Shown: positions 19,059 through 27,964, counted from the stretch's first letter. The stretch is 38,425 bases of DNA from a virus (IMGVR_UViG_3300038608_000020:1-38425); one strand, 5' to 3'. Program-made: numbers and translations. The notes: generated by a model not told the origin, from the letters alone.

Positions 19059-20522
19059 TCACCCAAATATGTTGTAGTCAGAAACTGCGGTGGAACGGTT
19101 GTAGCCGCTGGACTTCTTGCGGATCACCGCTTTACCTTCACCACCACCCAGGAGCATATATTGCCCAGCTTCACAGACATGAGAATACATGTTCTTGTCA
19201 GGTTCGTCCTTATAGCGCTCATCGCCAATTACTTGCACACGCTTGTAACTGAACCCGCCAGCCATGCCTTTGCGTGCCATCTTGCAGTCTGGATGGATGA
19301 TCAGCCCAGGCTCGCCCTCAACCAAACGATTCAGGCAGCTAGCAACAGCCTCGCGGCGAATTGTCGGATCATTGGTCGAAGTGCCAGATATTGGTATTCC
19401 GTTTGCTCGCATGATCAGAATAGGCGTGTCGTCATTGGTCTGCGCGCGGTTATCGCCAGACGGATCGCCGCTGAACTTCTCCCATTCGAAGTGCGGCAAC
19501 TTCTCATTGATGAAACGATTAACTAGCTTCGAAAATTCAACGGCGCCCATATCTTCGGTGACTATCTCGTAACGCCAACGCCACTGGCCCATCAGTGTGC
19601 GCTGTCCGATCAGTGCGGCAGGTGTGCGACCGAAGTCAACGCCCATATACAGCGGCAGCCCGGGAATCAGTTCGAACTCGCGGCAATGGATGCTATCTAT
19701 GTACTCTGGATAGACCGGCTTGCCATCCATGACGAAGCCGTATTGGTTGGCCAAGTTAACAGCTATCCAGTCGTCAGACTTGCCTTGGGCGCCTTTCAGG
19801 TAATAGCCAGGCGGCAGGTTGTTGACGTTCTCGGCCCTGGGATTCTCTACCCAACGCTTGCGGCCAGCTAGACCTATGCCGTCCTCGATCAGACCGCCGG
19901 GTTGGCGGAAGAACTCCCAGCCTTCTGGGCGGTCTTCCTCGGCTAGCCTGTAATACCAGTGGTCATTGTCCGGGGCGTTAGTGTCGCCGATCATGCCGTG
20001 CCAGGTTGGGCCGCCATCCATCGCGGAAGGGTAGCGACCATGGCGCAGGTCGCACATATCGACCACCTGTTTGTTCAGCTCCTTGACCTCATTCAGCCAG
20101 AAGCCGGTCACCTGCATACCGCGGAGTTTGCGCACTGCGTCCGGCCGGTCCAGGGCGAGAAAGACCAGCTCGGCCTCGACAATGGTCTGATCCTCAAGCA
20201 TGAAGGCGATGGAGTGCGTCGGGGGCTCCATGCCGCCCGAGGTGAATTTACCAAGATGTCCGAACAGTTCCAGCCAATCCTTGACGGTGGTACTTAGCAA
20301 GTCTGGATAGGTATTACGAATGGCGCACCAGCGCGACTTTCGGCGGCCCTCGGCGTTGGCCTTCTGGCTGCACAACTGTTTGAACAGCTTCTGGCACGAC
20401 TGGAAGGTCTTGCCCGAACCTAATGGCCCCATGATGAAGGATACACGCGCCGCCGAGGCCATATAGGCACCCAAGACGGCGCCCTGCGGCTTCAGGCGAT
20501 ATTCAATCCTCTTCTGGCTCAT
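19059..20522 (-). CDS. terL: Terminase large subunit
   Basis: Walker A GPLGSGKT, Walker B WLNE, coupling motif DTN, nuclease motifs GVDFG and GDPSG. Confidence 0.93.
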   Translation of the reverse strand: MSQKRIEYRLKPQGAVLGAYMASAARVSFIMGPLGSGKTFQSCQKLFKQLCSQKANAEGRRKSRWCAIRNTYPDLLSTTVKDWLELFGHLGKFTSGGMEPPTHSIAFMLEDQTIVEAELVFLALDRPDAVRKLRGMQVTGFWLNEVKELNKQVVDMCDLRHGRYPSAMDGGPTWHGMIGDTNAPDNDHWYYRLAEEDRPEGWEFFRQPGGLIEDGIGLAGRKRWVENPRAENVNNLPPGYYLKGAQGKSDDWIAVNLANQYGFVMDGKPVYPEYIDSIHCREFELIPGLPLYMGVDFGRTPAALIGQRTLMGQWRWRYEIVTEDMGAVEFSKLVNRFINEKLPHFEWEKFSGDPSGDNRAQTNDDTPILIMRANGIPISGTSTNDPTIRREAVASCLNRLVEGEPGLIIHPDCKMARKGMAGGFSYKRVQVIGDERYKDEPDKNMYSHVCEAGQYMLLGGGEGKAVIRKKSSGYNRSTAVSDYNIFG

Positions 20523-20913
20523 CTTTCCGGCCTGTCAAGTCGCGCACAATGACCAAAGGCAACATACCTTTGCCATCCACTTCCAGGCGATCGCCATACT
20601 CTTTTGGCGCAATCTTGGAGGCGCGCCAGCGGTAATGATGTGCCAGTTCCTTTGCTCTCTTCAGTTCGAACTCATCAGGCGCATCCTCAATTACTTGGGT
20701 TGCCTTCTCTTCCCAATAAGTCGCAGCTAATGCTCTAGCGCCCTTAACGCGCGCGGAACGGTCAGCGTCATCAGTCACCCATGAAATGAATGTCCCTTTC
20801 GACACTCCAGCCATATCGGCAATTTCGGTCATGGTTTTACAGCCGGCGAGAAGTTCGCAGACTTGATCGATGCCGAATGCATCAAGAGCATCTTTTGCTG
20901 GCGTTTCTTTCAT
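20503..20913 (-). CDS. terS: Terminase small subunit (Sf6-like), start MKETPAK
   Basis: N-terminal HTH; WRASKIAPKEYGDR motif; overlaps terL. Confidence 0.85.
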   Translation of the reverse strand: MKETPAKDALDAFGIDQVCELLAGCKTMTEIADMAGVSKGTFISWVTDDADRSARVKGARALAATYWEEKATQVIEDAPDEFELKRAKELAHHYRWRASKIAPKEYGDRLEVDGKGMLPLVIVRDLTGRKDEPEED

Positions 20914-21009
20914 GGGCAAACCTTCACACCCCACACATGCTGCGACCAAGCTCCCAGCACATCATGCCGAGGCCGACGAATATCGGGGCCGTATCCCAGC
21001 CGATCAGTT

Positions 21010-21159
21010 TCACCGTTGGCCCTTCTTGCCGGTAAAACCAGCGCACCAGGCCTTGTCTTTGCATTGCCGGTCATCAACGCCAGATTGAGCGGGCTGTTTC
21101 AACAGTTGCTCGAGCTTCTCAGCTTGGTACATTCGCAATGGACGCTTCATGTCTGCCAT
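21010..21159 (-). CDS. Small hypothetical protein (MADMKRPLR..., 49 aa)
   Basis: GAGGA RBS; starts right after the upstream stop. Confidence 0.5.
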   Translation of the reverse strand: MADMKRPLRMYQAEKLEQLLKQPAQSGVDDRQCKDKAWCAGFTGKKGQR

Positions 21160-21160
21160 G

Positions 21161-21295
21161 TCATTTCCTCTTCTTGCTCTTGCCCGCCTTGGCCATGGCA
21201 ATCGCGATGGACTGCTCGCGGCTGCGGCCGGAATGAATCAGTTCTTGAATGTTCTCGCCAATCACGGTCGGCGTTTTCCCTTTCTTCAGGGGCAT
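21161..21295 (-). CDS. Small basic protein MPLKKGKTPTVIGENIQELIHSGRSREQSIAIAMAKAGKSKKRK (not in the ORF track)
   Basis: Translated by hand; matches the MPLKKG...QAIAIA type commonly found near phage terminase genes; GAGG RBS. Confidence 0.75.
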   Translation of the reverse strand: MPLKKGKTPTVIGENIQELIHSGRSREQSIAIAMAKAGKSKKRK

Positions 21296-21303
21296 GACAT
21301 GCC

Positions 21304-22071
21304 TCACGGTTGCTGGTTTTTGCGTAGAAGCCCGAGCCAGCCAACGGTCAAATCGGTGCTGTTAGCTGTCACGTTGGTGCAACGCATCTGAACGTCCGTT
21401 TTCTCTGGGTATGGAATGCCTGGGACGCCGTTCTGCAGGTAGGGCTGGCGCTCGCTGAAGCTCACCTCAAGCGGCATCCGAATGATACCTGCCCCGTTTC
21501 GTTGCCACGTCGATACCGTGGCGTAATGGGTTGTGCCGCCCGAACGGTTGATAGTGAACAGATGATCCGTGACTTGCAGGAAATGCCCGGCTGGTACAGT
21601 GAATTGCGACTGCCTAAGAATGCCCTTTCCGAGCGGCATGATGGCTCGCGTGGTGCCAGCCCCTGCATCGCGGATAGTGATGTCGCCGTCATTGACCTGG
21701 AGCGAACCGACAGTCGTCGTTAACACGCTGTTGATGCGGAAGAACTGTGCCACCAGTGGGACGGCAGTCGCCCCGTTCATCGTCACGGTTTCGGAAATCT
21801 CGGCATAGTTGATGTCGAGCCCGTTGACGATGATGGTGCGCGCACCTGTTCCGGCCGCGGTATCGTTCGCACTGCCCGACACAGCCTCGAGCGATGTTGC
21901 CGCGGTCATCCATGGATACAGGCCTCCGCCGGTCCAGATGTCCTCTGGAACCGATGCGGTGTCTACGGATGGGTTGTTGCCGAGTGCGATGATTCGGCGG
22001 AAACCTGGGCGAAGACCAAAGCCCAGGTCATAGAGATAGTCTTCATAGCCAAAACCGCGCGAACCCATCAC
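21304..22071 (-). CDS. Hypothetical beta-rich protein, possibly virion-associated
   Basis: EDIWTGGG...SANDTAAGTGARTIIVNGLD motif; GGAGA RBS. Confidence 0.75.
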   Translation of the reverse strand: MMGSRGFGYEDYLYDLGFGLRPGFRRIIALGNNPSVDTASVPEDIWTGGGLYPWMTAATSLEAVSGSANDTAAGTGARTIIVNGLDINYAEISETVTMNGATAVPLVAQFFRINSVLTTTVGSLQVNDGDITIRDAGAGTTRAIMPLGKGILRQSQFTVPAGHFLQVTDHLFTINRSGGTTHYATVSTWQRNGAGIIRMPLEVSFSERQPYLQNGVPGIPYPEKTDVQMRCTNVTANSTDLTVGWLGLLRKNQQP

Positions 22072-22083
22072 TTTCTCCCTACG

Positions 22084-22398
22084 TCATAGGTTGCAATTGA
22101 TACCGCACACCGGGGCCAGCTTCACCGATCCGGAGCCCACTGCCGTGATGAAGGAGATTTTTTCGCCCTGGCGGATGGCGAACAGCCGGGTGTCATTGGC
22201 CACCAGGAAGTGATCGACGCCAGTCGACAGCGCGGTCGGATTGCTGCCGGCCCTGGCGTAGCAGTCAACGCTCGGGGTGATCTCCACCATGTCAGCATCG
22301 ATGTTCGCGGATTGAACTGCGACAGTGGATAAAGCCAACTGCTGGCATGTGCCGCCGCTAGCCAATTCGAACGCGATTGTGACCGGGTTAAGACTCAT
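22084..22398 (-). CDS. Small hypothetical beta-rich protein
   Basis: GAGGA RBS; GSNPTA motif; tight packing. Confidence 0.65.
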   Translation of the reverse strand: MSLNPVTIAFELASGGTCQQLALSTVAVQSANIDADMVEITPSVDCYARAGSNPTALSTGVDHFLVANDTRLFAIRQGEKISFITAVGSGSVKLAPVCGINCNL

Positions 22399-22401
22399 TT
22401 G

Positions 22402-22776
22402 CTATCCTCGCCTCTGGTACGCATTGCCACGCATTCTAGCGCGTTTCTGTGCGACTAGCAGGATAAGCAACAACCCAGCATAAAGCCCGATTACGATGTC
22501 CAAACCAAGCTGCACTGTAGCGTCCGCCTGTTGCAGCTGGTCATTGAGTAGCATCTGCTCCACTGCGAGCAGCAATGACCAGGTGGCAGATATTGCCAGG
22601 AGGTAATTGACGCATGATCGCCCGGCCACTGCCATTGCCACGAAGTCCACCATGAAAAAGGCGAAATACCATTTAGCCAATAGCCAGGCGCCGGCCGCTT
22701 CCACCCACTCTGGCATCAGCGAATCGACAACATAAAAGCCGACGAAATGCAGGAAGATGGCGGCCAGTGCTTTCAT
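22402..22776 (-). CDS. Multi-pass membrane protein
   Basis: About 4 hydrophobic segments; ATGA coupling to the upstream mini-ORF. Confidence 0.7.
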   Translation of the reverse strand: MKALAAIFLHFVGFYVVDSLMPEWVEAAGAWLLAKWYFAFFMVDFVAMAVAGRSCVNYLLAISATWSLLLAVEQMLLNDQLQQADATVQLGLDIVIGLYAGLLLILLVAQKRARMRGNAYQRRG

Positions 22777-22868
22777 TTCTTTGTCGTCTTCGCTGGCTTA
22801 GGTTCAGCCGGTTTGCGGTACACGTCATTGTTCGGGCGCTTGGTGCTTTCCGGGGTCTTGCGTGCCAT
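22773..22868 (-). CDS. 31-aa basic peptide MARKTPESTKRPNNDVYRKPAEPKPAKTTKK (not in the ORF track)
   Basis: Strong AAGGAG RBS; stop overlaps the next ATG (ATGA). Confidence 0.55.
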   Translation of the reverse strand: MARKTPESTKRPNNDVYRKPAEPKPAKTTKK

Positions 22869-23325
22869 GTGTTTCTCCTTGGTTGTTTGAACATACGGTT
22901 GAAATGTAGGCCTGTAGGCCTGTAATCAGGGTTTCCTTGCGCTGGATTCCGGCGCGGAGATTGTTCCAATGCTGTCCATCAGCGGGATCAAGCTCGGCTC
23001 GTTCTGCATCAGGGCTGCTGGGGGTGCCGGTATTCGACACTGGACAACGGGCCTTGATGTACACCCTGTAATCACCGCGATTGATGCCAGAAGCAAGACG
23101 ATCATGCTCAGCTTGTACATTGGACAGGCTCTCTTGGTATTGGCTATCAACGCCATCCCGGGCGGCAATCGCGCGATCGAATTGTGCGGCTTGCTCAGAA
23201 AGTGCGGCCTGGGCCAGCGCTTGGGCCTTGTCTTGCTCGTGCCCTGCGCCTGTTGTCCATCCATGGGCCCAGGCCGCAACAACCACGGTGGCAACAACGC
23301 CCAAGCTAATCAGCCAGCTAGGCAT
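22825..23325 (-). CDS. Rz: Inner-membrane spanin
   Basis: N-terminal TM, coiled-coil, RVYIKARC...AELDP...LQAYI motifs; start MPSWL. Confidence 0.85.
   Translation of the reverse strand: MPSWLISLGVVATVVVAAWAHGWTTGAGHEQDKAQALAQAALSEQAAQFDRAIAARDGVDSQYQESLSNVQAEHDRLASGINRGDYRVYIKARCPVSNTGTPSSPDAERAELDPADGQHWNNLRAGIQRKETLITGLQAYISTVCSNNQGETHGTQDPGKHQAPEQ
22926..23120 (-). CDS. Rz1: Outer-membrane spanin lipoprotein embedded in Rz
   Basis: MYKLSMIVLLLASIAVITG-C lipobox followed by a Pro-rich PAPPAALM segment in an alternate frame. Confidence 0.85.
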   Translation of the reverse strand: MYKLSMIVLLLASIAVITGCTSRPVVQCRIPAPPAALMQNEPSLIPLMDSIGTISAPESSARKP

Positions 23326-23758
23326 AATGCTCGTCCAGAAATAGATCACGCTCGGTGAATCGGCGTTTGGTCAGACCTGGAAGTTCCTCGCCTCCAGCCT
23401 TATCCCATTTCAAGAATTCATTGGCCGCGCCTTGATAGTCGCCGGCATTAAGCAAACGGCGCAGGGTCGATTTACGCAGGTTACCTGCGCCTAGGTTGAA
23501 GGTGAAGGATACAAGCGCGTCAAACTCATTCTGCGTAAGCATTCGGGTTATCAGGGTATTAACGGCGCGCTCTGCCTCTTTCACATCTACGCGCAGCATA
23601 TCCTTGGCTTGCTCCTGGCTTATCGTAAGGCCTGGCTTCACTTCTGGGCCTGTATGACCAACGCCTATAGTCCATACGCCAACGCTGTCCTGATAGGCTG
23701 ACAAACGCAAACCCTCGAAGCGCTCTATCAGATGCAGTCCGTACTCACTGGTTTGCAT
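23318..23758 (-). CDS. Endolysin, GH24 phage lysozyme (start MQTSEYG)
   Basis: FEGLRLSAYQDSVGVWTIGVGHT E-x8-D-x5-T triad; LPGLTKRR. Confidence 0.93.
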   Translation of the reverse strand: MQTSEYGLHLIERFEGLRLSAYQDSVGVWTIGVGHTGPEVKPGLTISQEQAKDMLRVDVKEAERAVNTLITRMLTQNEFDALVSFTFNLGAGNLRKSTLRRLLNAGDYQGAANEFLKWDKAGGEELPGLTKRRFTERDLFLDEHYA

Positions 23759-24080
23759 CGCGGCCTCTCCGGTTGTGCCCATCCCACTTGCCGGTCCAAT
23801 CCATGCGCATGATTGTGGCAATATTTCCCTTGGCGCGGTAGACCAGAACAAGCATCACAGCGAGTACGGCGAGGAGGAATGGGGAGGTGGCTGGAATGGG
23901 TTTACCGGTCACCGCGGCGACTGATACGGATAACGCGAAGCATCCGGTTGACATGGCCAACACATAGGCCAGGAAGCTAACGAAAGCCCGATAACGGGCG
24001 CCTTCTCGCTGGTAAGCCATGATTCTGGTGAAGATGGCCGCACAGATCGCCGCGGCTATCAAGGTCCAATGATCAGCCAT
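23745..24080 (-). CDS. Phage holin family protein (3 TM)
   Basis: YQREGARYR...RAKGNIA motif; directly upstream of the lysozyme. Confidence 0.8.
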   Translation of the reverse strand: MADHWTLIAAAICAAIFTRIMAYQREGARYRAFVSFLAYVLAMSTGCFALSVSVAAVTGKPIPATSPFLLAVLAVMLVLVYRAKGNIATIMRMDWTGKWDGHNRRGRDANQ

Positions 24081-24444
24081 TGCGACCCCCGAACCGATCG
24101 CTTATGAATTTAAGCCATCCAGGCGTTTTACCACCCTGAACCCACTCGAGAAGGCTTACACAGACCACTACACAGAACAGGCCGCCGATAAAAGCGACCA
24201 ATCCAGAAGTGTTTGTCCAGTTCCTGGCGACCAATTCACTGGCGACGAAGTAGCCGAAGACCCAGCTGGCGAACAGGTAGCCAATTTTCCCCAAGGCGCT
24301 GATGTCTCGGCTAAACACGATGAAGAACAACGCGCCAGCAAAAGCACCTATCACTGCATCCCCATCAATCCCCGGAACCATGGTAGCGACTCCCGCGCTG
24401 ACCAATAACGAATTTGCGATGTTGCTGGCAGACGGTCCGCTCAT
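24073..24444 (-). CDS. Putative holin (start MSGPSAS)
   Basis: GIDGDAVIGAFAGALFF motif; 3-4 TM segments; first gene of the lysis cassette. Confidence 0.8.
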   Translation of the reverse strand: MSGPSASNIANSLLVSAGVATMVPGIDGDAVIGAFAGALFFIVFSRDISALGKIGYLFASWVFGYFVASELVARNWTNTSGLVAFIGGLFCVVVCVSLLEWVQGGKTPGWLKFISDRFGGRNG

Positions 24445-24555
24445 GCATGGCTGTCCTGTGTTGGGTCCATCATGTGGAATAAATCCTGAATGTTCGACAG
24501 GTATCATAGCATCATGGCCGAATGCCATACATTCGCATGCGTTAACTGTTTGGGC

Positions 24556-24780
24556 TCAACGCAGTAATCCCGCTGCGCGCAGAATCTCCCACTGCAAGCG
24601 CAGCCACGCCTTTATGCTATCTGAATTCTGCAACTTGCACAGCGCTTGCACTGCTGCATCCTCAGAAGTTCCCCGGATACTTTGATCTGCATGCCCTGAT
24701 TCCAACGGCAGCCCAGGAAAAAGCATTTCCAAGTCATGTGATTTCTCCTTGTTCATTTTGGATCTACTCGTTTTCACCAT
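24556..24780 (-). CDS. Possible hypothetical protein in a lower-GC insert
   Basis: ORF only; no clear RBS. Confidence 0.3.
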   Translation of the reverse strand: MVKTSRSKMNKEKSHDLEMLFPGLPLESGHADQSIRGTSEDAAVQALCKLQNSDSIKAWLRLQWEILRAAGLLR

Positions 24781-24845
24781 TTCGTACAGGCATTTCGCTT
24801 TATGACTTTGAACTCATAGCCGTGAATATATGCGATTGAGGTCAT

Positions 24846-25085
24846 TTAGGTGCCATTTTGATAGCCGCAAAAGCGGCAAACGCGGATGATCCCGAGCTTA
24901 TCCAATGATACAGCCTCGTTAGGATTGGCTGGGCTTATGCTTGCTTCGCTCTGCCTGGCGTAGGACCGGAAGTCATGGCGCTGAAATAGATAATCAGACC
25001 CGATAATTCTCAGACGATGACGTTCGGTAGCAGGCAGGGTATTGGCGCAGTATACCGATATATTCTTGTGGTCTGGCTCGGTCAT
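24846..25085 (-). CDS. Hypothetical protein with C-terminal CxxC
   Basis: AGGA RBS identical to the holin leader; extended -10 upstream. Confidence 0.5.
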   Translation of the reverse strand: MTEPDHKNISVYCANTLPATERHRLRIIGSDYLFQRHDFRSYARQSEASISPANPNEAVSLDKLGIIRVCRFCGYQNGT

Positions 25086-25180
25086 GGCTGTCCTGTGCTG
25101 GATGGTGGGCGTAACGCCTCAACCGTTAAAGTTTGTGCCGGAATCATAGCACTGTGACACCTTGCTCGCGCGCTGGCGGT

Positions 25181-25834
25181 TCAGTCTTCGTCGTTCAGGT
25201 CATCCAGTTTACACTTTAGCTCGCGCACCTTGGCCCGATACTCCCGCGTTATCGATTTCAGGTCTTCCACAGTGTAATGCCTTGCCCGGTGGTCATTCTT
25301 AAGCGCCTCGGCCGCCTCTTCGCCTAGCCTGGCAATTACCCCAGCCTCAAACCCTTCCTTGACGGATTCACCTTTGCGCGCGTACTTAGCCGATCCGCCA
25401 TTACACGCCTTGCACTGGAGCCAGATATTCATAGGCTCTAGGCGCAGCTCGGGGCGTGCGCCCTTGCCCATCCAATGCCCCGCGTCGAATGCGCCGCCGA
25501 TCTTACAGCCTTGGGCCGCCTTGACCTCTTCCTGGCTCTTTCCGCAGCTTATGCACGGACTACCTGTGGATAACTCTTCCAGTCTGCGAAAGTCCCTGAC
25601 TGCCTTCTCTGCGTCGGCAACGTGGTCGCCATAGGTTTTGAGTTTTTCCTTTCTCTCTCTGGTGTCTTTGCGATCCTCCCGCGCCAGCTGCGCTTCCTTG
25701 CGCTTCCGCTGGATGGCTGCCAGTACCAGGCCGCACTTAGGCGAGCAAACTACCTGCATGCTGTTGCGCGGCTGGAATGACTGCCGGCACTCTGGCGACT
25801 TGCAGCGCTTGGGCTTGGGCGGCTTCTGATTCAT
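25181..25834 (-). CDS. ninG: NinG/Rap recombination endonuclease
   Basis: CxxxxC...CSPKC N-terminus; PCISCG...DAGHW...NIWLQCKACN. Confidence 0.9.
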   Translation of the reverse strand: MNQKPPKPKRCKSPECRQSFQPRNSMQVVCSPKCGLVLAAIQRKRKEAQLAREDRKDTRERKEKLKTYGDHVADAEKAVRDFRRLEELSTGSPCISCGKSQEEVKAAQGCKIGGAFDAGHWMGKGARPELRLEPMNIWLQCKACNGGSAKYARKGESVKEGFEAGVIARLGEEAAEALKNDHRARHYTVEDLKSITREYRAKVRELKCKLDDLNDED

Positions 25835-26031
25835 GGGCTAGGCATCACCTCAGGAATCGATCTGCTTCTGCGCTTCTCTGGCCGATCTGCGCCGCATTCA
25901 CCGCATACCCTGCGCCGGTCTGGAAAGAATATTACGCAAGCCATTCCGCGCTGCTCCTGCTTTGCCTTTAGCAAGCCGAGGTCGTAGCAATGCGACCAGC
26001 TGTGAAGCCCCAAAGCGCAAAGTATTTTCAT
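25831..26031 (-). CDS. Small Zn-finger-like protein
   Basis: LCALGLHSW...CGECG; coupled by ATGA overlaps on both sides. Confidence 0.65.
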   Translation of the reverse strand: MKILCALGLHSWSHCYDLGLLKAKQEQRGMACVIFFPDRRRVCGECGADRPEKRRSRSIPEVMPSP

Positions 26032-26507
26032 GCCGGAGTGCCCTCGCTCAACAAATCATCAAAAACCACGCCGCGCCCTGACCACTCTGCGACGATTTTG
26101 TCAGTGTACGCGATGCCCTGCGCCCTATCGAACAGGCGCGTGACCGGGAACCCATCAGGCCCAAACAGCGCGCACGGCCCCATAAGCTCGAGCTTTGTCT
26201 CATAGGTCAGCATCAGGAACGATACGGCCCAGGCGTTGCGGAAGTCTTCATTGGCCTTGCGCATGATCGGGACGCCGAAATGAAGCTTGCAGTAGCGGCG
26301 TGCGTCTTCAACGTCACCTATCTCTGTCATCTGCGCAATACGCTGGTACATGGCGAACCAGAGTGCATTCTGGTCTAGCGTGCGGTCTTTACCTGGGCGC
26401 ATCGAGACAACAACGAATTTGTGTTCGCGAAACATGGCGGTCAGCCGCGTGATGGCATCGCCGAGCCTTGCAGCGCCGTTCACGCTTATCTTGATTGCGT
26501 CAGCCAT
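26028..26507 (-). CDS. ninB: NinB-like recombination protein
   Basis: RTLDQNALWFAMY...CKLHFGVPI motif; located in the nin region. Confidence 0.7.
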   Translation of the reverse strand: MADAIKISVNGAARLGDAITRLTAMFREHKFVVVSMRPGKDRTLDQNALWFAMYQRIAQMTEIGDVEDARRYCKLHFGVPIMRKANEDFRNAWAVSFLMLTYETKLELMGPCALFGPDGFPVTRLFDRAQGIAYTDKIVAEWSGRGVVFDDLLSEGTPA

Positions 26508-26706
26508 CTCCATCACCAAAATAACTGCGAATCACGGCAGACTTTGCAACCTCAAGGCTTCCTACGACTTGCGCGGTAGTCATTCCTCCATCGGCTGCCT
26601 TGTCGATTGCCTCCCAGATCTCCCTCCAGAAGTCGCGGGTCACCCTCTGCATCGCCGGGGTAAGACTTGAAACGCCTTTCAGCGCCCGAACATTGTCATC
26701 ATTCAT
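26500..26706 (-). CDS. Hypothetical protein (start MNDDNVRAL)
   Basis: GMTTAQVVGSLEVAK motif; overlaps neighbours. Confidence 0.6.
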   Translation of the reverse strand: MNDDNVRALKGVSSLTPAMQRVTRDFWREIWEAIDKAADGGMTTAQVVGSLEVAKSAVIRSYFGDGDG

Positions 26707-26911
26707 CTTTGCCATCCAAGGCCATCGGCGCGCCGAATAATGTCTTGAAATCAGATGATAAGTATTTCTGTTCACAACATAAATCAGCCAGCCGGCGCAG
26801 CTCTTCGTAGGTTGGGGTCTCAAACACCCTGTATACCTGTTCGCCTTTGTCGTTGAAGACTACCGCGGCACCTGGTACGGGCTTAGCGTGGTCAGTGTAG
26901 GGGTGGCTCAT
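26699..26911 (-). CDS. Hypothetical protein
   Basis: GAGGA RBS; fills the operon. Confidence 0.6.
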   Translation of the reverse strand: MSHPYTDHAKPVPGAAVVFNDKGEQVYRVFETPTYEELRRLADLCCEQKYLSSDFKTLFGAPMALDGKDE

Positions 26912-26921
26912 GGTTCAGTCC

Positions 26922-27149
26922 TCAAAGATGAGCGGCTCGGAGCTGGCAGCACAAACCGTCGATTTGCTGCTTGCTTTTGCTGAAACCTAGCGCTGCATAT
27001 TTCAAATCAAGCACAGCGGACCAGAATAACCACGCCTGATGATGATGGCCTTTGAACTCTGCGTCAGTTATCAGCCTAGCGAACTGGCCTAGGCTGCTTT
27101 CAGCGATAATCAGAGTGCCCACGTCTATGCGCTCGCTGTGCCAGATCAT
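26922..27149 (-). CDS. Hypothetical protein
   Basis: ATGA overlap with the upstream gene. Confidence 0.55.
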   Translation of the reverse strand: MIWHSERIDVGTLIIAESSLGQFARLITDAEFKGHHHQAWLFWSAVLDLKYAALGFSKSKQQIDGLCCQLRAAHL

Positions 27150-27784
27150 TCGTCAGCCACCCAATGACCAGCCTCAAGTATTTGCAGCAGCTTGGTCTTT
27201 TGGGCTTCAACTGCTTTCGCTCTGGCGGCGTAGGCGGCGTAGGCGTCGGCGGCGTCGGCGGCGGCGTCGGCGGCGTCGGCGGCGTCGGCGGCGGCGTCGG
27301 CGGCGTCGGCGGCGGCGTCGGCGGCGGCGTAGGCGGCGTAGGCGGCGTAGGCGGCGTAGGCGGCGTAGGCGGCGGCGCGGGCGGCGGCGCGGGCGCCAAT
27401 CCTTGCGGCTGACAGCTCTTCATCCGTCGCCAGCCCATCGCTATGACGCCAAGCTACATCAAGCGCATTGATGCTGCGCTGATCTTTCATCAGGTGCTGG
27501 ACTTGCCGAGCACACCAAACCATGTATTTTCGCCACAGCCGGAAGTCGTTAGGCAGGCAACGCAAGGCCCACAGCGTATCGTTAAGCCCGTTGCTTTCCA
27601 GCGCCAGCGACAATGGGAACTCCTCATCATCGGCCAGTTTGCTGTAGTTTTCCGGAACGCTGCCGTCGCCCAGGAATTGCTCAAGCTGCGCATCGTCGAT
27701 CTTGCCGCGAGCATGCAGGATTTTTGCCCAGCCGCTGGCGCATGGGTTTTTTGCAAGGATTTGGTTGAGGGTGATATGGATCAT
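27146..27784 (-). CDS. Imm5-like helical protein with an Ala-rich tandem-repeat tract
   Basis: WCARQVQHLM...ALDVAWRHSDGLATDEELSAAR followed by (AAY/AAD/AAAD)n. Confidence 0.75.
   Translation of the reverse strand: MIHITLNQILAKNPCASGWAKILHARGKIDDAQLEQFLGDGSVPENYSKLADDEEFPLSLALESNGLNDTLWALRCLPNDFRLWRKYMVWCARQVQHLMKDQRSINALDVAWRHSDGLATDEELSAARIGARAAARAAAYAAYAAYAAYAAYAAADAAADAADAAADAADAADAAADAADAYAAYAARAKAVEAQKTKLLQILEAGHWVADE
27224..27394. repeat. GGC-rich 9/12-bp tandem repeat array
   Basis: Units GGCGGCGTA / GGCGGCGTC / GGCGGCGGCGTC / GGCGGCGGCGCG. Confidence 0.95.
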
Positions 27785-27936
27785 TTTCCGTCTCCGATTA
27801 TGTGCGCCTTTGTCTTCCTCGCCTCTTTGGCCAGCTCATGCCGAACCTTGGCCCTAAGCCACTCAGGACCCAACAACAGCTTGAATCCTTCCCACTCATC
27901 ATCCGTCATACGAATATCCCGCTTTGCCCGTGTCAT
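27781..27936 (-). CDS. 51-aa putative ribbon-helix-helix-like regulator MTRAKRDIRMTDDEWEGFKLLLGPEWLRAKV... (not in the ORF track)
   Basis: Translated by hand; AGGGG RBS; ATGA overlap with the next gene; own promoter. Confidence 0.65.
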   Translation of the reverse strand: MTRAKRDIRMTDDEWEGFKLLLGPEWLRAKVRHELAKEARKTKAHIIGDGK

Positions 27937-27964
27937 TGCTGATCCCCTGATCTAGTTGCGTACC

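Noticed and set aside
27052-27471. Poly-Arg, Pro/Thr-rich and Gly/Val ORFs in other frames
   Set aside because: Shadow frames of the GGC repeat inside the real minus-strand gene; no RBS or operon context
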